Shown one piece after another: positions 18,927-24,448 of a stretch of DNA of 24,448 nucleotides (within the stretch, counting starts at the first letter, position 1; every line of letters starts with the position of its first letter). The stretch is from an uncultured Acidobacteriota bacterium. Its GTDB lineage: Bacteria; Acidobacteriota; Thermoanaerobaculia; Multivoradales; JAHEKO01. Below the pieces are notes generated by a model. The model searched no databases, was not told the DNA's origin, and saw only the letters and a list, made by a program, of their open reading frames with translations. The DNA lies in assembly GCA_963713825.1 (NCBI GenBank), contig CAVQNG010000026.1, positions 1 through 24,448 of the forward strand, written 5' to 3'. The position numbers and the translations under genes were made by a program.

Positions 18927-19811
18927 ATGAAGGCTTTCCTCGGCATCGCCCGCGCCAAGTTTTTGCTGCTACCGGTCACCCTGGTAGCGGTGGGTACCGC
19001 CGCTGCAGCCTACGACGGCACTTTCGACTTCATCAACACGCTGCTCGCTCTGGTCGGTTTGACGGCCATGCACGTGTCGGTCAATTCGCTGAATGAGTAC
19101 AGCGACTTCCGCCGTGGCATCGATCTGGCCACGGAGCGCACCCCGTTCAGCGGCGGCAGCGGCACTCTGCCATCTGGAGCACTCCCGGCCAGCGCGGCTC
19201 TCTACCTGGGCCTCGGGGCAGCTCTGCTGGGACTGGGGATCGGCATCTACTTCTTCTTTGAGTTCGGTTGGAAGCTGCTGCCGATCTTCGTGCTGGGCGC
19301 CGTCAGCGTGCTGGGCTACAGCGAGCTGCTCGCCCGGGCCTACGTCGGCGAGATCTTCGCTGGTCTCGGGCTGGGGACCCTTCCCGTCCTGGGCACCGCC
19401 ATGGTTCAAGGTGGCGAGCTCGGGGCCGCGGCCGTGGCAGCCTCGATCCCCCCGTTCTTCATGACTTTCAATCTCCTTCTGCTCAACGAATTTCCCGACG
19501 AGAAAGCTGACCAGGAAGGCGGGCGCAGGAATCTGGTGCGTCTCATGGGGCGTGTTGGCGCCGCACGAACTTATGTAGTGTTCGGGTGGGCGGTGCCGCT
19601 CTGCCTTCTTGCCGCGGTGGCTATCGGTTCCCTGCCCGTCCTCTGTCTTCTGGCCTGCCTGCCCAGTCTGGCGCTGATCGGACCGAGCCGATGGGCCCTC
19701 ACCACACCGCTCGAACCAGTACCTCTGCCGGCGCTCGGCGCCAATGTGATCTGGAACCTGACCACCAACACGGTGCTCGCCCTCTGCCTGGCGATCGCCA
19801 TGATCCTCTAG
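18927..19811 (+). CDS. UbiA-superfamily prenyltransferase, MenA/UBIAD1-like
   Basis: NEYSDFRRGID and NEFPDEKADQEGGRR Asp-rich motifs, FSGGSG, and 8-9 TM helices. Confidence 0.82.
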   Translation: MKAFLGIARAKFLLLPVTLVAVGTAAAAYDGTFDFINTLLALVGLTAMHVSVNSLNEYSDFRRGIDLATERTPFSGGSGTLPSGALPASAALYLGLGAALLGLGIGIYFFFEFGWKLLPIFVLGAVSVLGYSELLARAYVGEIFAGLGLGTLPVLGTAMVQGGELGAAAVAASIPPFFMTFNLLLLNEFPDEKADQEGGRRNLVRLMGRVGAARTYVVFGWAVPLCLLAAVAIGSLPVLCLLACLPSLALIGPSRWALTTPLEPVPLPALGANVIWNLTTNTVLALCLAIAMIL

Positions 19812-19827
19812 CAAGCGGGGAATTCCG

Positions 19828-21195
19828 ATGACACTCGAGAGCCTGAATCCTGTTTCCGGCGAGCGGATCGCCACATACGAAGAGATGACTCCTGACGAGG
19901 TGGGAGAAATTCTCGTCACCTGCCATGAGACCTTTCTCCAGTGGAGCCGTACCGACCTCCAGCACCGAGCGAGGCTTCTGAAGCGGGTCGGTGGTCTTCT
20001 TCGCGAGCGTCGAGACGGACTCGCCGAGCTCATGACGATCGAGATGGGAAAACCCATCACCCAGGCCCGGGCCGAGGTCGACAAGTGCGCCTGGGTCTGT
20101 GACTACTACGCGGAGAATGCCGAGAGTCATCTGTCGTCCGAGATCGTCGAGACGGATGCCACCAAGAGCTACGTCTGCTTCGAGCCTCTCGGCGTGGTGC
20201 TCGCTGTAATGCCCTGGAACTTCCCGTTCTGGCAGGTGCTGCGCTTCGCAGCTCCGGCGCTGATGGCCGGCAACACGGCAGCGCTCAAGCACGCGAGCAA
20301 CGTGCAGGGTTGTGCTCTCGCCATCGAGGACCTCTTCCGGGAGGCTGGAGCTCCCGAAGGCGCCTTTCGCACCCTGGTCCTAGGTAGCCGGGCCGCCAGC
20401 GTCGCCATCGAGCATCCGCGAGTCGCGGCGGTCACTCTCACGGGCAGCACGCCGGCCGGGCGCCAGGTCGCGGCGATGGCTGGATCCCTTCTCAAGAAGA
20501 CCGTCCTGGAGTTGGGAGGTAGCGACCCTTATGTGATTCTCGAGGATGCCGATCTGGAACTTGCAGTGGCAGCCTGTGTGACTGGCCGCATCCTCAATAC
20601 AGGCCAGAGCTGCATCGCCGCCAAGCGCTTCATTGTTCCTGATGCGGTGCGCGGAGAGTTCGAGAAGCGGCTCGTAGAGCTCATGGGGCGTCAGAGTGTT
20701 GGCGACCCCATGCAGGAGGAGACCGAAGTCGGGCCCATGGCCAGGGCCGACCTGCGCGACGAGTTGCACGACCAGGTCGAGCGCAGTCTCCAGGGCGGAG
20801 CACGCTGTCTGCTGGGAGGCGAGGTCCCAGAAGGCCCCGGCGCCTTCTATCCTCCGACCGTGCTCACGGACGTGACGGCGGGAATGGCCGCCTACGAGGA
20901 GGAGCTCTTCGGACCCGTGGCCGCTGTTGTGCCCGTGGCCGATGAAGAGGAGGCCATCCGCGTCGCCAACGACACGCCTTTCGGGTTGGGGGCGGCGGTA
21001 TTCACGCGAGATGTCGCGCGAGGAGAGGAGATTGCAGCGCAGCGACTTCAGGCCGGCTCCTGCTTCGTCAACACCTTCGTGAAGTCGGACCCGCGCTTGC
21101 CTTTCGGCGGCATCAAGGGCTCAGGCTACGGTCGTGAGCTCGGCTCGTTCGGTATCCGCGAGTTCGTCAACATCAAGACGGTCTATGTCGCGTAG
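19828..21195 (+). CDS. NAD(P)-dependent succinate-semialdehyde dehydrogenase (Sad/GabD1-like aldehyde dehydrogenase)
   Basis: [46 protein letters not shown] and [15 protein letters not shown]. Confidence 0.88.
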   Translation: MTLESLNPVSGERIATYEEMTPDEVGEILVTCHETFLQWSRTDLQHRARLLKRVGGLLRERRDGLAELMTIEMGKPITQARAEVDKCAWVCDYYAENAESHLSSEIVETDATKSYVCFEPLGVVLAVMPWNFPFWQVLRFAAPALMAGNTAALKHASNVQGCALAIEDLFREAGAPEGAFRTLVLGSRAASVAIEHPRVAAVTLTGSTPAGRQVAAMAGSLLKKTVLELGGSDPYVILEDADLELAVAACVTGRILNTGQSCIAAKRFIVPDAVRGEFEKRLVELMGRQSVGDPMQEETEVGPMARADLRDELHDQVERSLQGGARCLLGGEVPEGPGAFYPPTVLTDVTAGMAAYEEELFGPVAAVVPVADEEEAIRVANDTPFGLGAAVFTRDVARGEEIAAQRLQAGSCFVNTFVKSDPRLPFGGIKGSGYGRELGSFGIREFVNIKTVYVA

Positions 21196-21212
21196 CCCGG
21201 CTGTGCCGGGCT
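21194..21212 (+). terminator. Stem-loop at the SSADH stop codon (possible terminator or stability hairpin)
   Basis: AGCCCGGC-TGT-GCCGGGCT. There is no U-tract, so intrinsic termination is uncertain. Confidence 0.35.
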
Positions 21213-21359
21213 CGCTCGGGGGTTGAACCGTCCGGGCCTTTGAGGGCTTGGGGGTTGAGGCGGCCGGTCGTACCTTCCGGCCGATCTTTGGGGCAATGGG
21301 GCCCCCGACCCTGCTATCTCCGAGTCTTCCCGATGTAGATGTAGATACGGTCTTGAGAA

Positions 21360-22343
21360 TCAAGTTTCCTCATAGTGTGGGTTGAAGGGTTGCTGGTGTA
21401 GGAGTACTCCGTAGACGAGGTGTAGGAGTTTCCTCATGGCGGCGACGAGAGCGCTTTTCTTGGCGAGTCCTTGTTGGAGTTTGCGTTCATAGAAGGTCTT
21501 GAGGATGGGGTTCCATCGCACGCCGACAAGCGCTGCCATATAGAGGGCACGCCGGAGTCGCCAGTTGCCCTGCTTGGAGATGCGGGGTCGTTTCCGCACC
21601 GAGGATCCAGACTCAAACAGGATCGGTTCCAGTCCAGCGTAGCGGGTCAGTTGTTTCGGGTTGGCTTGGAGGAGTTGGGGCCCATACTCGGCCAGTAGGG
21701 TGAGCGCGGTTTTGGGTCCGATGCCTGGGATCGAGAGCAGCAGTCGGTAGGACTGTCGTGTCTGAGGGTCGTGTTGCACGAGGTCGTGAGCCTCTCGCTC
21801 GACTTGGTCGAGCTCGAGCTTCAAGGCGTCGAGCAGGCTCTGGAGCCTGGTGGCGAGCTGAGTCGGTAGCTGGGGATCGGCCAAGGCCTTTTCCTGCCGG
21901 TCACGGGCTCGGTCCAGCAAGCCCTGCAGCTCCAGGTGATGGCGCCATAGGGCCCGCAGGGTCTGGGCGCGCCGGGATTTCGGCGGCTCGAGAGCCGGTG
22001 GAAAGGTTTCGGCAAAGTGCACCAGCAAAGCGGCATCGATGGCGTCGGTCTTGCTGCGTTCGGGCGAGGCTTTGGCAAAGTCGCGTAGCCGCCGGGGATT
22101 GATGCAGGCGTAGGGGATCGAGGGTTCGAGACCGTCGAGCCAGCGGGCCACAGGCAGCCAGTAAGGTCCTGTGGCCTCAAAGACGATGCCGAGCCCTGAG
22201 GTCTTCGGCAGCCACTGCTGAAAAGCCTCAAAGCCTTCCTCCGTCATGGGGAAGCACTGCGTCTCGAAGTCAGTCTGGGATCGTTGCGCGGCGACGAAGT
22301 CCTGTTTTGCGATGTCGATGCCAATCCAGGTGATGGGCTGCAT
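21360..22343 (-). CDS. IS110-family transposase / bridge recombinase
   Basis: DEDD RuvC-like N-domain (GIDIAK, FEATG, SKTDAIDA), coiled-coil linker, and Tnp domain (SIPGIG, YAGLEP, ESGSS catalytic Ser, GNWRLRRALY, MRKLL). RBS GAGGAGG at 22349-22355. Confidence 0.96.
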   Translation of the reverse strand: MQPITWIGIDIAKQDFVAAQRSQTDFETQCFPMTEEGFEAFQQWLPKTSGLGIVFEATGPYWLPVARWLDGLEPSIPYACINPRRLRDFAKASPERSKTDAIDAALLVHFAETFPPALEPPKSRRAQTLRALWRHHLELQGLLDRARDRQEKALADPQLPTQLATRLQSLLDALKLELDQVEREAHDLVQHDPQTRQSYRLLLSIPGIGPKTALTLLAEYGPQLLQANPKQLTRYAGLEPILFESGSSVRKRPRISKQGNWRLRRALYMAALVGVRWNPILKTFYERKLQQGLAKKSALVAAMRKLLHLVYGVLLHQQPFNPHYEET

Positions 22344-22355
22344 GCTTACCTCCTC

Positions 22356-22560
22356 GCAGTTTCAGTAAACTGGGAGGGTCAAGAGGTCGGTGCCTACCTT
22401 GCACATACAGGCTCAGTACGGCCTTCGATACGGTGCGGCATCGGCGGGGGCGCTTATCTACTCGCTCAGGCTCTACGGCCGTCGGGAGGGAGCAGCGTCT
22501 AATCCCCGCTGCCTCTTGACCTTGAGAGCCCTCCGTACCAGAGGGCTCTCTGTTTCTGAG
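22356..22560 (-). ncRNA. Putative IS110 bridge RNA (5' hairpin, target-binding loop, donor-binding loop)
   Basis: 5' hairpin GAGAGCCCTC/GAGGGCTCTC (22524-22550). The target loop is closed by GCGGGG/CCCCGC and holds CCCTCCC (22484-22490) and GTAG (22458-22461). The donor loop is closed by TGCC/GGCA and holds ACCGTATC (22427-22434) and GTGCAAG (22398-22404). RNA ends are estimates. Confidence 0.85.
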
Positions 22561-22566
22561 GAGATA

Positions 22567-22572
22567 AAGATA
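22567..22572 (-). promoter_or_regulatory. -10 box (TATCTT) of the circle-junction promoter, with -35 (TTGATT) at 21358-21363
   Basis: Joining the right end to the left end through one CT core gives TTGATT-ctcaagaccgtatcttg(17 nt)-TATCTT, directed into the ncRNA and recombinase. Confidence 0.75.
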
Positions 22573-22574
22573 CA

Positions 22575-22624
22575 AGGGGAGGGGCTTGCCCCCTCCCGCG
22601 GGAGCCCGCAAGGGGCTCCCCTAC
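22575..22624. repeat. GTAG-type REP doublet (REPIN/BIME-like) interrupted by the IS110
   Basis: The pre-insertion plus strand reads GTAG-GGGAGGGG-CTTGC-CCCCTCCC-gc-GGGAGCCC-GCAAG-GGGCTCCC-CTAC. These are two inverted palindromic units, each led by GTAG, and the first GT now lies at 21341-21342. Confidence 0.75.
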
Positions 22625-22627
22625 AAG

Positions 22628-22666
22628 GCCGACGCCGTCCCCCTGCGAACCACCCGGATGGACCTC
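22628..22666 (-). repeat. 39-bp dispersed repeat, copy 2
   Basis: GCCGACGCCGTCCCCCTGCGAACCACCCGGATGGACCTC, 36/39 identical to the reverse complement of 16771-16809. Confidence 0.85.
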
Positions 22667-22808
22667 CGGCTTACAACCTCGTTGGAGAGCAGGACGATCG
22701 GCCAGGAGAGGCGCCACCCGACTGAACCCCTACCCCCTTAGACCCCTACTGCCCTATGCCCCTGTTACCCAGGACCCAAGCCCCAAGCCGGATGGGAGGG
22801 CGGGCAGA

Positions 22809-24448
22809 TCAGGGAGAGGGAGTCGCGGCCTCGACAAGGGGCCGGCCATCGACTTCATCCGGAATCGGGATGCCCATCAGGTGCGCGAGCGTCGGTGCCA
22901 GGTCGACCGTCCTGGCGGGAACCTCCAGCGTCTCGGGTTTCAGGCCCGGAGCCAGAACAACGAAAGGAACGTGGGTGTCGTACTCGTACGGCGACCCATG
23001 GGTGGTGACATTGCCCACCGACGGCATGAAGTACTCCTCGAACTGGATCAGGAAGTCGGCGCTGCGCTCTGGGTAATAGCTGTTCGCAAACAGCCACCGG
23101 AAGTGCTCATTCTCGTCGACCTCTTGCTGCAGATCCGAGCTGGTCCAGACCGCCTCGACCGCGGGACATTGCTCGAGTAGACCAGCGGTTTCCTCCTCCA
23201 GTTCGACCCGTGGTCGACCTGTCAGCTCGATCAGGTCCGGGACCAACCTTGGCCCTGGCACCAGCCAGCTGTCCACTCCGTACTTCTTTGCCAGTTGCGC
23301 TCCGACCTGCTGCAGACAGACCACCGTTTCCGAGTCCACCCGCCGGCCTGTCAGACCCTGGTCGTGGCGTACCTCGGGCACCGGGACCACGCCATGATCG
23401 GCGCTGAATCCAACGACCATATTCTCGAGTCCCACTCTCTCGTCGAGGTAGTCGAGAAGCGAGCCCACCGTACGATCCAGGCGCAGTAGGGTATCGATGT
23501 ACTCCCTGCTGTTCGGCCCATGATCGTGCCCCACATAGTCCGGCGCCGAGAAGCTCAGAGCCAAAAGGTCCGGGCTGCCATCGGACCCCAGGTCCTCGGC
23601 TTCGATGAGCACGCGGGCGAACTGAGCCAGGTACGCATCCCACCACGGGGAGTCGCGAATCGCAGAGTAGAAGCTCTCATCGGGAGCGGGTCGTGGTGGG
23701 CCGAAGGTGATGGGTAGCTCTTTATGGAATGGTCCGAAGTCGAGCTCCTCCAATTGAAGCTCCTCGATGGACTCGGGTGCCAACGGAAGGGGCTCCCACA
23801 CCTCGCCGAATCTCACGTCGAGGAGTTTCCTGTCGTCAAAATCCCGGAGCCATTCCGGCTCGACGTAATACTCCGAGGTTTCATATCCGCCAATTTCATC
23901 GTCGAACCAGTACGCGCCATCGGCTCCCTTTCCGCCCATCAGAATGGCTGCCCGATCCTTGCCGCTGGCTGCGAAGACCTTGGCTTCCGGGTAGGTAGCC
24001 TTGATCCACTCTCCGAGGGTCGTTCGCTCGAGCTCCTGGGGCGACTCGTCGTAGACATCGTCATCGATGGCCCACCGGCTCTCCACGCTGCCTTCTTCGA
24101 TCCACCAATTGCTGACGATGCCGTGGTGGCGAGGAAAGCAGCCGGTGGCGAGGGTGGCATGCCCAGGAGCGGTCTCGGTGAGAGCGTGGGCGTGATGCGC
24201 CTGTGTAAAGCTCACCCCTCGATCCAGAAGGGTGCGAAAACCGCCGGTGAAGAGCGGAGAAACTCGCTCCAGGTCATCGGCGCTGAATTGATCCACCACC
24301 AGGAGGAGGACGAGCCGTGGCGTGCCCTCTGGTGGCGTCTTGCCGCTGGGTGCCTGGTCTGCTTTCTCGACGGCTCCCGGCTGACAGGCAGACATCGCCA
24401 GGCTGGCAGCTAGTGCCAGCCCAGCGAAGAATCGCCAAGATATGAATC
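22809..24448 (-). CDS. Alkaline phosphatase superfamily protein (PafA/PhoK-like), probable lipoprotein, 5' end beyond the right edge
   Basis: VVDQF, TETAPGHATLATG (Thr nucleophile), SGKDR, PDYVGH, SADHG and THGSPY. The frame stays open upstream of ATG 24395 as FISWRFFAGLALAASLAMSA-C, a signal peptide with a lipobox. Confidence 0.88.
   Translation of the reverse strand, partial: FISWRFFAGLALAASLAMSACQPGAVEKADQAPSGKTPPEGTPRLVLLLVVDQFSADDLERVSPLFTGGFRTLLDRGVSFTQAHHAHALTETAPGHATLATGCFPRHHGIVSNWWIEEGSVESRWAIDDDVYDESPQELERTTLGEWIKATYPEAKVFAASGKDRAAILMGGKGADGAYWFDDEIGGYETSEYYVEPEWLRDFDDRKLLDVRFGEVWEPLPLAPESIEELQLEELDFGPFHKELPITFGPPRPAPDESFYSAIRDSPWWDAYLAQFARVLIEAEDLGSDGSPDLLALSFSAPDYVGHDHGPNSREYIDTLLRLDRTVGSLLDYLDERVGLENMVVGFSADHGVVPVPEVRHDQGLTGRRVDSETVVCLQQVGAQLAKKYGVDSWLVPGPRLVPDLIELTGRPRVELEEETAGLLEQCPAVEAVWTSSDLQQEVDENEHFRWLFANSYYPERSADFLIQFEEYFMPSVGNVTTHGSPYEYDTHVPFVVLAPGLKPETLEVPARTVDLAPTLAHLMGIPIPDEVDGRPLVEAATPSP

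Larger units (their letters stand above)
21343..22576 (-). mobile_element. Complete IS110-family insertion sequence (IS621-like layout with a long left non-coding end)
   Basis: Minus-strand left end CT|TGTATCTT (core at 22575-22576) and right end ACCGTAT|CT (core at 21343-21344). No terminal IRs. Removing the element restores a GTAG REP doublet. Length is 1234 bp including both cores. Confidence 0.9.

Noticed and set aside
21332-21349. GATGTA-GATGTA-GATACG tandem as a target-site duplication
   Set aside because: It is not repeated at the other end of the IS. IS110 elements duplicate only the core, and the boundary is better explained by the guide match and promoter spacing.
16771-22666. 39-bp inverted repeats as ends of a composite transposon mobilised by the IS110
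   Set aside because: No flanking duplication is seen, the cargo is housekeeping genes, and IS110 recombinases recognise RNA-specified sites rather than such IRs. Kept only as a dispersed repeat.
22270-22725. Small ORFs across the IS left end
   Set aside because: They cross the IS boundary or overlap the recombinase, and the region is explained by the structured RNA and REP.

Overview
GC-rich bacterial window containing about 19 mostly housekeeping CDSs. These cover ion homeostasis (nhaA, a GYG-filter K+ channel, trkA-trkH), glutamate dehydrogenase, a secreted metallophosphatase fused to a kinase-like domain, two DUF4136-like proteins, a membrane diguanylate cyclase, a methyltransferase, a P1/DmpA peptidase, GDPD plus an FGGY kinase, pfkA-menA-like-SSADH, and a PafA-type alkaline phosphatase lipoprotein. 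The standout is a complete IS110-family element (21343-22576, minus strand) whose programmable-recombination logic can be read from the sequence. It has a DEDD/Ser recombinase and a 5' non-coding bridge-type RNA whose guide segments match both the element's own ends (ACCGTAT-CT-TGTAT) and the insertion site (CCCTCCC-CT-AC). It carries a CT core at both ends and a sigma70 promoter formed only on circularisation (TTGATT-17-TATCTT), and it is inserted into a GTAG-type REP doublet. The two convergent intergenic regions (16764-17136 and the IS host region) also share a dispersed repeat family. All calls come from manual motif reading, with no database searches.
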